64,000 nucleotides of DNA from Sedimentisphaerales bacterium (GTDB lineage: Bacteria; Planctomycetota; Phycisphaerae; Sedimentisphaerales; SM23-30). The number at the start of each line of letters is the position of its first letter. The first letter of the stretch is position 1. Under the pieces are notes generated by a model that was not told where the DNA came from, searched no databases, and saw only the letters and a program-made list of their open reading frames with translations. The stretch is from contig CAXXFK010000020.1 of the NCBI GenBank assembly GCA_963663965.2, forward strand, positions 128,001 to 192,000. The letters are read 5' to 3'. Shown piece by piece: positions 17,920-28,181 of the stretch. Position numbers and translations under genes: made by a program.

Positions 17920-19326
17920 TTAATGCCAGAGAACAGAATACTCGACGAAATCGCAAAGATTGACGAGCGAGTCTCCGTTCAAATCGCCGGGTAAATCCGG
18001 TCCGGTTTGATACCAATCGTTCATAAAGAGGACCAGATCGGTTTTATCAACCTTGCCATCCTGATTGAGATCGGGGGTTTTGGTTATGGTAAAGTCAATA
18101 TCTGCTATATAAATGCCCTGTGACCCATCAACAAAGAAGGCGGTAAACACCGCCCGATTGCCGTCCAGACCCTCGTGACCCAGTTTAAGATCATCGATCA
18201 CCTTGCCATCCAGTTCATCATTACGGGCGATGACTTTTCCCAGCACACCCCCATAACGGGCATAGAGACCGGGATTTCCTGCGGCGTCATGAGCCAGAAA
18301 AACGACCGTATCGGTGGGACCGTCAACCGCGGCATCGTTGAAAGTGGAAAACGGTTCGCTCTGGCCGGGAACGGGCGTATTCAAATCGGCCACGACACTC
18401 AGGGTATATCCGGCGGTATCGTACCAGTAGATACCCTGTACGGAAAAATCGGCATTCTGGCCCCGAAAGACGATATCGCCGCCATCAAAGGAAAGCGAAA
18501 CGGTATACTGCAAATTGAATACTTCGCCGGGTGCCTGAGGGATCGCGGTCTCGCCGCTGTAAACACGCGGTGAGATGGCAAACAGGCTGCCAATGGTACG
18601 GGTGGAATACAAGCCATAATTGCCCGTGGTATCGCGGGCAATAAACGCGGTTTCAGAACCATCCTGATCCACCCCTGAGGCATGGAACAGATCGTAATAA
18701 CGGATGGGATTGTTTTTACCAAAAACTACATCACCTTCGTCGGCGATTTTTTTGATTGAACCGCCCGGCCCGCCGGAATGTTCATAGATCCCGTCAAAAT
18801 ATCCGCTGCTGGGAACAAACGTCCAGAAACCGACATAATCGCCGCTGACCGCGGGACTGGACAGGGTTGAGAATAAACTGGATCCCCGGGTATCGGCGAT
18901 GACCTCAAGCGGATTAGCGCCGAACCGGGCATAAACACCGCGATCCATAGCCCCATCGCTGTCGCCTTTGAATACAATATTTGCCCCGCTTATCGAAGGC
19001 GATCCGAATCCGTGGACCGAACTGGTATCGAAGGTATCGCCTGACGGGGCGCCGGGAATCTGGGTATTGGTATCAGCGACCACTTCCAGGGATCCATTCA
19101 GATCGGTATAGATACCGTCGACAGGATTAGAAGCGGCATCCATGCCGAAAGCGCGAAAAACAACTTTGCCGTCGTCGATAGCAGGGGTATCGAAGGCGGA
19201 AAAGCCGGTAAAGAATCCGACACCGCCGGGGATGGGTGTTGTGGTATCGGCGATCCGGGTAAAAGTGGTGGCGGAGGCTGTTAATGAGAATGCCAAAACC
19301 AGATAAAAAAAGATGCGTGTTTTCAT
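17920..19326 (-). CDS. Secreted beta-propeller-like repeat protein with dockerin-like C-terminus
   Basis: Start MKTRIFF with GAGG RBS. Repeats of IADT.T.IPG...F..P.I.G..VVF....GIY; tail PDLNQDGKVDKTDL...GDLNGDSLVNLCDF. Confidence 0.8.
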   Translation of the reverse strand: MKTRIFFYLVLAFSLTASATTFTRIADTTTPIPGGVGFFTGFSAFDTPAIDDGKVVFRAFGMDAASNPVDGIYTDLNGSLEVVADTNTQIPGAPSGDTFDTSSVHGFGSPSISGANIVFKGDSDGAMDRGVYARFGANPLEVIADTRGSSLFSTLSSPAVSGDYVGFWTFVPSSGYFDGIYEHSGGPGGSIKKIADEGDVVFGKNNPIRYYDLFHASGVDQDGSETAFIARDTTGNYGLYSTRTIGSLFAISPRVYSGETAIPQAPGEVFNLQYTVSLSFDGGDIVFRGQNADFSVQGIYWYDTAGYTLSVVADLNTPVPGQSEPFSTFNDAAVDGPTDTVVFLAHDAAGNPGLYARYGGVLGKVIARNDELDGKVIDDLKLGHEGLDGNRAVFTAFFVDGSQGIYIADIDFTITKTPDLNQDGKVDKTDLVLFMNDWYQTGPDLPGDLNGDSLVNLCDFVEYSVLWH

Positions 19327-19664
19327 AATCAATTTTCCTCACGACTACGAATGATTAATGATGCGTCTAAAAACTTCAATAAGTTTATACGATCAGGTAT
19401 CAGCGATCTTCCGACCTGATTATATGGTCTGATTTTTTACGAAGGCCAGTCCATATAATATTTTTTAATTTTATTTTGACTTCCAATAAAATATTGATTC
19501 TATTTAATCTTGTCGAACTCATGTTTACCTGCCTGAACCAATCACAATATCAGAAATCAGTGAGGGTTATAAACCAAATAAATGGAATACGTAAAACTCC
19601 CATTATTTAAAGTATAAAGACCTGAGCGAGAAAAAATATTCATTGAATCTTTAATTGATTGCAC

Positions 19665-20603
19665 TCACCAGCAGGCGGAGGGGTTCGGCCGGCCGCATTC
19701 CAGCCAATTGGCTGTCAAGAGGGCCAGGTCCGTCAGATCGACCCGGCAATCCAGATTGATATCGCCTGTGGGCCGGTTCAGGCAGGCCAGGCCCAGCGCC
19801 GCGAAATGGTCGTCGATTTCTTCAGTCGTTAAGACACGATCATAAACCGCCACTTCATCCAGTATTCCGGTAAAATATCGATTGCCTTCCCGGGCCCGGT
19901 TGATGCGAAAAGTGGAAGCGATTATCGCAGGAACCAACACGCCCGGAGACAGGTCGGGATCGACGATCAGGGCGACATTCTGTCCATTGACATAAAGACT
20001 GGTACCCGTGGCGCTGTTGCCACCGCCCTGCCGAACCATAACCAGATGGTACCATTGCCCCAGAGACAAGGGCTGATTGGTACTCATGCCGCCATTGAAA
20101 AAGCCCGCGTAGATATTTCTGGGATCGTTATGATGCAGTCCAAAATACACTTCCCTGCCATCCCGACTGGCGCCGCCATCGCCCCAGTGCATAAAAGGCG
20201 GCCAGTATGAAGCGTAACTATCCATTCCCAGATAGACTACCACTTCGATAGAAAATGAGGGATTGCCGCTCAAGGAGGGAGGGGAAACAGCCAATGACTC
20301 CAGGTAATCATCCCCGGAATCCAGGGTGATGCCACTATCGCCGCCTGCCGTGGCGGTATTTCGACCGATGGCGCCGAAATACTGACCATCACAGGCTGGG
20401 CCCAGACTGCCGTAATTGATGGCGTAGCCGACTGTTTCGTTAAGCTGGTAATATAATAAAGGCCCGGATCCCTGAACGATGGTCTGGAATGATGGCGGCG
20501 CTCCCAATATAACATTTGCGGGGAGAACTAATAAATAGATTGAAGCGAATGGTAACAGCAGGGATAGACAGACCAAATATGTACGTTTAAAAGGGTGATA
20601 CAT
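19665..20603 (-). CDS. Secreted LamG/concanavalin-A-like domain protein with dockerin-like C-terminus
   Basis: GGAGG RBS; PLLYYQLNE, FSIEVVV, GQWYHLVMVR, LYVNG, FTGILDEVAVYDRVLTTEEI; GDINLDCRVDLTDLALLTANWL. Confidence 0.85.
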   Translation of the reverse strand: MYHPFKRTYLVCLSLLLPFASIYLLVLPANVILGAPPSFQTIVQGSGPLLYYQLNETVGYAINYGSLGPACDGQYFGAIGRNTATAGGDSGITLDSGDDYLESLAVSPPSLSGNPSFSIEVVVYLGMDSYASYWPPFMHWGDGGASRDGREVYFGLHHNDPRNIYAGFFNGGMSTNQPLSLGQWYHLVMVRQGGGNSATGTSLYVNGQNVALIVDPDLSPGVLVPAIIASTFRINRAREGNRYFTGILDEVAVYDRVLTTEEIDDHFAALGLACLNRPTGDINLDCRVDLTDLALLTANWLECGRPNPSACW

Positions 20604-20614
20604 AACAAACCTCC

Positions 20615-20655
20615 GAAGTTATGCCCTGCGGGCATTTTCAATTGTAAATGGTGTA
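20615..20655 (+). repeat. Degenerate right-end fragment of MITE family A
   Basis: GAAGTTAT..GCCCTGCGGGCATTTTCAATTGTAAATGGTGTA resembles the right end of the 105-bp element. Confidence 0.5.
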
Positions 20656-20817
20656 ATATAACAGAATTAAGGCATACTGAATGATCAGATATATTCAGAC
20701 AGAAAACCAAACCATTGAATTTTTCATAGAGAGATCCATCCGGTCTGAATAATAGAAAGAGTCACTCCCGGATTGATGCCGTATTATAGAGCTCAAATTT
20801 TTACTGTTTCCGCTAAA

Positions 20818-20845
20818 ATACACAGTGTTTATTATTTTGTTGACA
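20818..20845 (+). repeat. 28-bp motif, copy B (ATACACAGTGTTTATTATTTTGTTGACA)
   Basis: Exact reverse complement of copies C and E. Confidence 0.85.
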
Positions 20846-21074
20846 GCAACTGGTGTGCCCAGCCGTAGGTAGTGATTAATAAAAATTGGTGACTTACATC
20901 ACAAATAGTGGCTAAGATTTCGCATAGGATATTTTAGATCAATTTTAATATCCGGTGTGTCAACGCTATAAGCGAAGGAATCAGGCTAATTCCTTTAGTC
21001 ATAAAACTTTTTGGTTTCGATTCTCTCGGATTCGGTTATAGTATCACCCGTCAAGTATTCTTCAGGGAGAGGCT

Positions 21075-23546
21075 ATGAACAGTACAACAAGTAAAATGCA
21101 GCTGAAATCGATTATCAACCGAGGTATGGCCGGGGTGTCGTCGCGTTTTCCCGTGGTGGTTGAACTGGTGCCGCAGGGTGGCTATCGTCTGGACAATATG
21201 CGTAAGTTTTTGCAGGATTACGCCCAAGGCAAGGATCGGATTCCGGATGCTTTTGAGATCGTCGGGATTACCCTGCCGCAAAGTCCCGGTGGTGTCGCGG
21301 CGATGGATCCGAAGGATGTCTATGCGATCCTGGCGACAGAAGGACTCTGGGCGGACCTGGATGTGATATGTCATGTTTCCGCCAAAGACGCCAACCTGGA
21401 CGCGCTGAAAAGTGAACTGATCGGGTTGCGTGAGATGGGGATCGAATCGGTACTGGCTTTAACCGGGGATAAGCCGGTATCCAGTAAAGGGGTATTTGAG
21501 GTGGATTCGATCGGTCTGATCAAGACAATGCGGCGAATGAACAATGAATCGATCCAGCGCGCCCGGCCGGGAGAATTCGACCAGGCGCACCAGTTTTATA
21601 TTGCGGCGGCAGTTTCTCCTTATAAGTACACTGAAGCGTCGCAGATGCAGCAATATTATAAAATGACCAAAAAGCTGGAAGCCGGGGCCAATTGCCTGAT
21701 TACCCAATTGGGTTGGGACTGGCGTAAGAGCCGGGAGTTGTTTCAATATTTAAAGGATGAAGGAATTTCGGTTCCAGTCATCGGCAATGTTTACGCGCTG
21801 ACCACACAGACGCCGGCGCCTCGGCTGATGTATGAAGGGCGGCTGCCCGGTTGTGTGGTGACGAGGGAATTATTCGAACAGTTGCGGGACGAAACGCTCG
21901 AACAGCAGCTGGAACGTACCGCGGTCCAGGTGGCGATGTATCGTCAGATGGGCGCCGCGGCAATCGACCTGGGCGGTCTGGATGATTTTGACAAGGTGGT
22001 TGCGACTCTGGAACGCGCCGCGGCAATCGGCGAATTCTGGCAGTCCTATCAGGAAAAGCTGGATTATGGCGTGAAGGATGGATATTATCTGTTCAATGAA
22101 GATGGCAGTCGCAAGCCAAACCAGCGTCCACGTGCGAACACCGCGAAAAAGGCCTTCGATTTTTTCCACCATATGATATTTGAACCGGGTAAAGGGCTGA
22201 ACCGTCCGGCCCGGGCGATGGCCTGCAAGAGCAAAGGCCTGAGCGAGCGCCGCGGCCCGTTGTACAAATTCTTTTTCGATTTCATCGAAACGCCAGTTAA
22301 GAAGATATTGTTCGATTGCGAAGGCTGCGGTGACTGCTATCTGACGGAAAATTTCGGCATCTGCTCGCTGGGCCGCTGCGCCAAGGGTTTGCCGAATGTG
22401 CCTTGCGGTGATGCCTGCCCGGATGGCACGTGCGGCAACGACGCCAACCGGGTCTGCGCGGGTGAGCTGGTTTACCAGGCAGCCGCCAGCGAAGGGCCGG
22501 AAGGTTTAAATAAACTGAAACAAACCCTGAATTTCCGGCGCGATCCGGCCCTGAAAGCCACCGCGTCGATGTTGAATAACCTGTTAGGAAAGGATCACAT
22601 GAAGAAAAGTTGCCTGATACAGATTGGTGAGAGTGTTCATGCCAGTATTCCCAAATGCGGCGCGGCGATGAAAGAACTGCAAGCGGCCGGGCCGGGCGCC
22701 TATGAGAAATCCTCAGGCGCGCTGGATTATATTATCTCACTGATCCGTACCCAGGCGGAAGAGGATGCGGCCTATATCGCCATCAACGTCGACGCGTTCG
22801 GCGAAGACAATCCACAGATTGCAATCGATCTGATGCGGGAGTATGTCAAGCTGGTGCGACGCCATGGTCAGGGTGTGCCGGTCTGTGTGGACAGCAGTAA
22901 CGACGATGTGCTGCGGGCGGGTTTGGAGCAATGGTATGCCGATGCCCCGGCCGATATCGCGATCCCCCTGCTGAATTCGGTGAAAGTGTATACTATTGAC
23001 CACGTTTTACCCTGGCGCAAGGATTATGCCTTTAAGATTATCGGCCTGCTGGTGGATGACAAAAATCCGGAAGGCAATACCAAAGAAAATCTGTTCACCA
23101 TGGCCCGGACAATTTTCGAGGCCGCGGTGAAACAGGGTTTCGCTCCGGATGATATGTTCTTTGATTCGACCGTATTTCCACTGGCGATCGATATGCCCAT
23201 GATGCCGGATACAGCCGGGTATACCTATACTGCTTTTGAAACGATTAAAATGATCAAAAACGAACCTCAGATGAAAGGCGTCCACTGTTCGCTGGGGATT
23301 TCCAATTGTGTGCGCGATCTGCCGGGGCGAAAGATCGGGGTTTGCCGGGCCTATGTCGCCAAGGCGATGGAATACGGACTGGACGCCGGGATTGTCAATA
23401 CCGCGCATCAATACGGATCGGTCGAACCGGCCCCGGAACTGCTGGAACTGGTGGGCGCGTTTGCCGCCCAGGATGGTTCGCCGGACAACACGGAAAAAGC
23501 GGTTATGCTGATGAGTGAGTTCTGCGCGGCCAATCGTAAAAGTTAG
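21075..23546 (+). CDS. Fusion: methylenetetrahydrofolate reductase (MetF) + Cys-rich MTHFR_C/MetV-like domain + pterin-binding methyltransferase domain
   Basis: VVVELVP, HVSAKDAN, VLALTGD, KKLEAGANCLITQLGWD (MTHFR). FDCEGCGDC..C..C.K.LPNVPCG..C..G.C..C (MetV-like). IQIGESVHASIP, INVD, CVDSS, LLNSV, FDSTVFPL, HCSLGISN, GLDAGI (pterin-binding). Confidence 0.85.
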   Translation: MNSTTSKMQLKSIINRGMAGVSSRFPVVVELVPQGGYRLDNMRKFLQDYAQGKDRIPDAFEIVGITLPQSPGGVAAMDPKDVYAILATEGLWADLDVICHVSAKDANLDALKSELIGLREMGIESVLALTGDKPVSSKGVFEVDSIGLIKTMRRMNNESIQRARPGEFDQAHQFYIAAAVSPYKYTEASQMQQYYKMTKKLEAGANCLITQLGWDWRKSRELFQYLKDEGISVPVIGNVYALTTQTPAPRLMYEGRLPGCVVTRELFEQLRDETLEQQLERTAVQVAMYRQMGAAAIDLGGLDDFDKVVATLERAAAIGEFWQSYQEKLDYGVKDGYYLFNEDGSRKPNQRPRANTAKKAFDFFHHMIFEPGKGLNRPARAMACKSKGLSERRGPLYKFFFDFIETPVKKILFDCEGCGDCYLTENFGICSLGRCAKGLPNVPCGDACPDGTCGNDANRVCAGELVYQAAASEGPEGLNKLKQTLNFRRDPALKATASMLNNLLGKDHMKKSCLIQIGESVHASIPKCGAAMKELQAAGPGAYEKSSGALDYIISLIRTQAEEDAAYIAINVDAFGEDNPQIAIDLMREYVKLVRRHGQGVPVCVDSSNDDVLRAGLEQWYADAPADIAIPLLNSVKVYTIDHVLPWRKDYAFKIIGLLVDDKNPEGNTKENLFTMARTIFEAAVKQGFAPDDMFFDSTVFPLAIDMPMMPDTAGYTYTAFETIKMIKNEPQMKGVHCSLGISNCVRDLPGRKIGVCRAYVAKAMEYGLDAGIVNTAHQYGSVEPAPELLELVGAFAAQDGSPDNTEKAVMLMSEFCAANRKS

Positions 23547-23867
23547 GCGGCCGGATATCCGAATACAACCAGGGTAAATGATAAATTTGTGAAAGTTTTT
23601 GTGCTGATACAATCCCGTTATCGGACGCTTTTCATTTTCTTAAATAATTCAGGGTTGCAATCTGTTGAATCCAAATTCTTGCAGGCTTGTTCATAGAACT
23701 GTCTAACAGCCGCAAGATGGATCGTATACACGCAAAATTCGCTATATTCGGCCAGCCACTGACGCAATTATTTGCGGATTCACATTAAGCCGGGTGAAGC
23801 ATCAACCGAAAACAATAAAGAGTTATATACAATCTTTGTTGAAAGTAATGGTTTTGGAATATAAAGC

Positions 23868-26360
23868 ATGAAATTGAAAGAGACCAAACCAGGCCGGAAG
23901 GCCGGCATGAGCCTAACCAGCACATTTATGATCTGGTCCATGTTCATCCTGTTTGTCGGTTGTGTTTCTACCGGGGCATTTTTGATCTGGAATAAACACA
24001 CAGAATACAGTGACTGGATGGTAAAAATCGAACGTAAGAATCTGGAGGAGCACAAGCGTTATCTTCGTGACGAAACGCTTAAGGCCGTTTCGTGTGTCAA
24101 AGACATACGGGATAAAATGGAAAAAGACCTACGTCAGGAATTAAAGCGAACGGCGGATTTTGCCTGTGAAACCCTGGATATTCTTCATCAATCCGCGGAT
24201 ACCACGATCAAGGCGCGGCCGGAAGCACTGGTTACGCTATTAAGTGAGGCCGTGGGGCATTTTAGCCAACTGGGCGAATTTTTTATTGTTGATTTATCCG
24301 GTACGGTTATTTTTTCGAACAACTATGATATGCCTTATGGCACCAATGCCTATGATCTGGTTAATCATAATAATCAATATTATATTCGCGATATTGTGGA
24401 CCAGGCCCGCGGGAGCAGGGAAGGTTTTTATACCTATTTATGCTCGAAAGGCAATTTATCGGAGGGTCGAGACTGCCAGAAACTGGTCTACCTGAAACTG
24501 TACGAATCCTTTCAGTGGGCCATTGGAGTTGAGATATTTTTAGAGGACCTGGAATCGCTCATTCAGCAGCGAACACTGGTGGATCTGGAAAAAATTAATT
24601 ATTTGAACAATGGATACCTCTTTGCCAGCGACTGGAAAGGCAACGGATTATTGGGGCCGAGCAAAGGTAAAAACAATCTGAATATCACCGATCATAATGG
24701 CATGAAAGTGGTCCAAGAATTAATTCATACCTCCCAGGCAGGGGGCGGATTTGTGCGGTATGTTATGCCCGCTATCGATGATATGGCGCCCAAGGCCAAG
24801 ATCAGTTATGTGGCTCCGATCAAAGACTGGCAATGGTATATTGGCGCGGGTCTATATCTTGACGATATCGATAAAAACATTCAGGCTCGCAGCCGGGAGA
24901 TTAAATCGGAACTGCGCTCTGAGATTTCCATGCTGCTTTTTGTTTACTCGGGGACCCTGTTGCTGGCTCTGGGATTAATGGGATGGCTTTCTCAGTTGGT
25001 GAGGAGTCAAATAGCTGTTTTCTCCGATTTTTTCAATCAAGCGGCTCACGCCACCAATCCCGAGCAGGTCGATGTCAACCGTCTTCGTTTCAGCGAGTTG
25101 AAACTGTTAGGCTCGGCAGCGAACGAAATGATTATGGAACGGCGGCAGCTGGAAAATGAACTGGAAATCCAGAACTTACGTTCTTTATCATTGGCCAAGC
25201 AGGCGACCATGGCGAATGAGGCCAAAAGTAATTTTCTGGCACGCATCAGTCATGAATTAAAAACCCCTCTTAACGCCATTCTGGGTTTTTCGGAAGTCTT
25301 GCAACAGGATGGGCTCGATTCGGTCCAAATCGAATATCTGAACCACATTCACAAGGCCGGAATGGATCTGGATCGGTTGATCAGCGATATTCTGCTCTAT
25401 TCGGGAATGGAAATCAGCGGTTTGCAATGTCTGGTTCGCGACAGTTCTCTTCCGGATTTAATTTTACTGGCCAAGCGGCGCTTCGAATCCGAGGCTCAAG
25501 CCAAGGGGCTGGGCTTTAAGGTATCCATTAAAGATCGTATCCCCATCACGATATCGACCGATTTTGATTTCCTGCTACAATGCTTAAATCAGTTGTTGGA
25601 CAATGCAGTCAAATTTACCGATCAGGGTGAAATTAAAGTAACGATCGGCGCCCAGAAGCAGGGAAATCGCCAATTTATTCAGATTGAAGTCAGCGATACC
25701 GGGATTGGAATTTCTCCCGAGAAGGTTGAAACCATTTTCGCGCCATTCGCTCAGGCCGATGAAAGATTAAATCGTTGTTATGAAGGCGCGGGGATTGGAT
25801 TGGCGGTCGTCAAAAAGATTGTCGATAAATTAGACGGCGCCATTACGGTTAAGAGCGAATTACAATGCGGTTCAACCTTTTCATTAATTATTCCCGATCA
25901 GAATGACCACCCCGCCGATGACATAGAAACGCTTAATTCTGATGAGTTTCTCAGCTATATCGCTAATCTTGAAGCCGACGGAGACGGATTCCTGGATAGC
26001 CCGGGCCGGATCGGCATCGATACCGGTATGCCGAACGTTACCGAAAGAGACTCGGAGCCGGAAGACCTATTGATATCAACACTGGCAAACGATCCGGATT
26101 TGGGCATTGTTGTTACCATGTTTGTGGGTCAGGATTTGCCTGAATTTATCAGTCGGATTCGAGTTGCCCTGGTCGGCAACGATTTTGAAGGGTTACTTAG
26201 CGCGGTTCATGATTTAAAAGGCACCAGCGGAAATGCCGGATTCGATCAGGTCTGCGATCGCGCACGTGAGTTGGAGAAGCAGTTGCTTGACGCCGGCCGG
26301 ATCGTCGATAAAAATGCCATACAGAGCCTGGTCGCTTTATGCGATCGGGTGACGGTTTAG
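23868..26360 (+). CDS. Membrane sensor histidine kinase: two Cache-like domains, HisKA, HATPase, C-terminal Hpt
   Basis: Two TM segments; GFYTY/GGFVRY and PKAKISYV...WQWYIGAGLY Cache motifs; ISHELKTPLN; LLDNAVKFT, DTGIGI, GAGIGL; VHDLKGTSGNAG. Confidence 0.9.
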   Translation: MKLKETKPGRKAGMSLTSTFMIWSMFILFVGCVSTGAFLIWNKHTEYSDWMVKIERKNLEEHKRYLRDETLKAVSCVKDIRDKMEKDLRQELKRTADFACETLDILHQSADTTIKARPEALVTLLSEAVGHFSQLGEFFIVDLSGTVIFSNNYDMPYGTNAYDLVNHNNQYYIRDIVDQARGSREGFYTYLCSKGNLSEGRDCQKLVYLKLYESFQWAIGVEIFLEDLESLIQQRTLVDLEKINYLNNGYLFASDWKGNGLLGPSKGKNNLNITDHNGMKVVQELIHTSQAGGGFVRYVMPAIDDMAPKAKISYVAPIKDWQWYIGAGLYLDDIDKNIQARSREIKSELRSEISMLLFVYSGTLLLALGLMGWLSQLVRSQIAVFSDFFNQAAHATNPEQVDVNRLRFSELKLLGSAANEMIMERRQLENELEIQNLRSLSLAKQATMANEAKSNFLARISHELKTPLNAILGFSEVLQQDGLDSVQIEYLNHIHKAGMDLDRLISDILLYSGMEISGLQCLVRDSSLPDLILLAKRRFESEAQAKGLGFKVSIKDRIPITISTDFDFLLQCLNQLLDNAVKFTDQGEIKVTIGAQKQGNRQFIQIEVSDTGIGISPEKVETIFAPFAQADERLNRCYEGAGIGLAVVKKIVDKLDGAITVKSELQCGSTFSLIIPDQNDHPADDIETLNSDEFLSYIANLEADGDGFLDSPGRIGIDTGMPNVTERDSEPEDLLISTLANDPDLGIVVTMFVGQDLPEFISRIRVALVGNDFEGLLSAVHDLKGTSGNAGFDQVCDRARELEKQLLDAGRIVDKNAIQSLVALCDRVTV

Positions 26361-26379
26361 CCTGAAGTTATCTCCTGGT

Positions 26380-27063
26380 TCAATCGTGATACCGATCCAG
26401 CAGCCATTGACTCACCTGGTCCATAGTATCGAACAGCGGTACGCCACACCGATCCAGGATAGAACGGCATTGGTGGCCGCAGGTCAATAAGACACAGTCT
26501 ATGCCCATGGCGGTCGCAACCTCGAAATCGTGGTACATATCGCCAACCATCACCACCTCGTTACGGTCAAAGTCCATAGACTTGATCCACTGCCGGCCAT
26601 TTTCGATTTTACTGGTGGCATGATAGTCATCCAGCCCGATCACCTTGACAAAACAATCCGACAAACCGTAATGCCGGATGGCCTCGAACAGCCGGTCCTG
26701 TTGGTACGCCGACAGCACGGAATGGGTATAGCCGCGTTCTGACAACATCGTCAAAGCCTCAATAGCGCCTTGCTGAAGCGAGCAATTCTGGAAGGCGGCC
26801 AGGTATTGGTCGATATATTCCACCGCCAGATCGTCCATGGTTTCGCGGCTGAAGTCAAAACCGAGGCGTTCGTAAAACCGGATGATGGGAAAAATGACTT
26901 CGCGTCGATACCGAGGCATTGTCAGGGAATTCAGGCCGCGTTTTTCCATCATATTGCTGACGATACTGACGCAGGCGTGTGCATCGTTGAGCAACGTTCC
27001 ATTCCAATCCCAGACGATATGCCGGTAACGGGTTTCATTGGCAATGGCAGAGTTATTATTCAT
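26380..27063 (-). CDS. HAD-family phosphatase (phosphoglycolate phosphatase-like)
   Basis: IVWDWNGTLLND, VLSA, SK and MVGDMYHD motifs. Confidence 0.9.
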   Translation of the reverse strand: MNNNSAIANETRYRHIVWDWNGTLLNDAHACVSIVSNMMEKRGLNSLTMPRYRREVIFPIIRFYERLGFDFSRETMDDLAVEYIDQYLAAFQNCSLQQGAIEALTMLSERGYTHSVLSAYQQDRLFEAIRHYGLSDCFVKVIGLDDYHATSKIENGRQWIKSMDFDRNEVVMVGDMYHDFEVATAMGIDCVLLTCGHQCRSILDRCGVPLFDTMDQVSQWLLDRYHD

Positions 27064-27077
27064 GTTAGCTGCAACTA

Positions 27078-28151
27078 TTATTTGATGGTTACCTGGCCGG
27101 ATCCTTTTTTAACTTTACCGAGAAAAAACGGGGTTTCGCCCAGTTTTTTCAATTGCGACATGATGGACCGGCTGAAACTGGGGGCAACGATCAGCACATA
27201 GCCGATGCCCATATTGAATACCCGGTACATCTCATCGGTATCCACTGGCCCCAGTTTTTGGAGATAGCTGAATATCGGTGGAACCGGCCATTTTTTCTGT
27301 TCGAGGACGACGTCGAATTTGCCGTTTAAGACCCTAGGAATATTGCCCACCAGGCCGCCGCCGGTGATGTGAGCCATAGCTTTAACGACTTTTTTGACCC
27401 GGTATTTACGCAGCAGTCGAACAATCGCACGGGTATAGATCCGGGTGGGGCGCAGCAACGCATCGCCGATGCATTCACCCAGTTCTTCGACAGGATCATC
27501 GACATTCAGTCCGGCGCGATCGAAACAGATGGTGCGGGCCAGGGAATACCCGTTGGAATGCAGGCCGCTGCTGGCCAGTCCGATGACACTGTCGCCAGCT
27601 TCGATATGGCTGCCATCGACGATCCGGTCTTTTTCAACCACCCCGACGGCAAAGCCGGCCAGGTCGAATTCGCCACGCCGGTAGACCGAGGGCATTTCGG
27701 CGGTTTCGCCTCCGATCAGGGCGCACTCCGATTGAAGGCAGCCATCGCTGACACCTTTGACAAACTGGTTGATCTGATCCGGATCGAGGCTGTTGACCGC
27801 GACGTAATCCAGGAAGAACAGCGGTTCGGCTCCCTGGACCAGCATATCGTTGACACTCATGGCCACCAGATCGATGCCGACCGTATCGTATTTTTTCATC
27901 AGCGCGGCAATTTTGATTTTGGTGCCCACGCCATCCGTGCAGGCTACCAGGACCGGATTACGATAATTACGCTTGAACAGTTTTTCGTCGTAGTCCAGGC
28001 GAAACAACCCGGCAAACGCGTTGTGCATGTGGATCACGCGCGGGGTATGGGTGCGCCGGACATTATCTTTGATCTTTTCGACCATCCGGTCGTTGGCGTC
28101 GATACTGACACCGGCCTGTTCATAGGTAATGTTACCGTTATTTGAAGACAT
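27078..28151 (-). CDS. purM: Phosphoribosylformylglycinamidine cyclo-ligase (AIR synthetase)
   Basis: TYEQAGVSID, TDGVGTK, GGETAEMP, SSGLHSNGYS, HITGGGL, FNMGIG. Confidence 0.98.
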   Translation of the reverse strand: MSSNNGNITYEQAGVSIDANDRMVEKIKDNVRRTHTPRVIHMHNAFAGLFRLDYDEKLFKRNYRNPVLVACTDGVGTKIKIAALMKKYDTVGIDLVAMSVNDMLVQGAEPLFFLDYVAVNSLDPDQINQFVKGVSDGCLQSECALIGGETAEMPSVYRRGEFDLAGFAVGVVEKDRIVDGSHIEAGDSVIGLASSGLHSNGYSLARTICFDRAGLNVDDPVEELGECIGDALLRPTRIYTRAIVRLLRKYRVKKVVKAMAHITGGGLVGNIPRVLNGKFDVVLEQKKWPVPPIFSYLQKLGPVDTDEMYRVFNMGIGYVLIVAPSFSRSIMSQLKKLGETPFFLGKVKKGSGQVTIK

Positions 28152-28181
28152 AACAGGACTCGCAACAGGAGTAATGAAATT

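Noticed and set aside
20846..21074. SAM or cobalamin riboswitch upstream of the MetF fusion
   Set aside because: No recognisable consensus elements by eye; an Rfam scan would be decisive.
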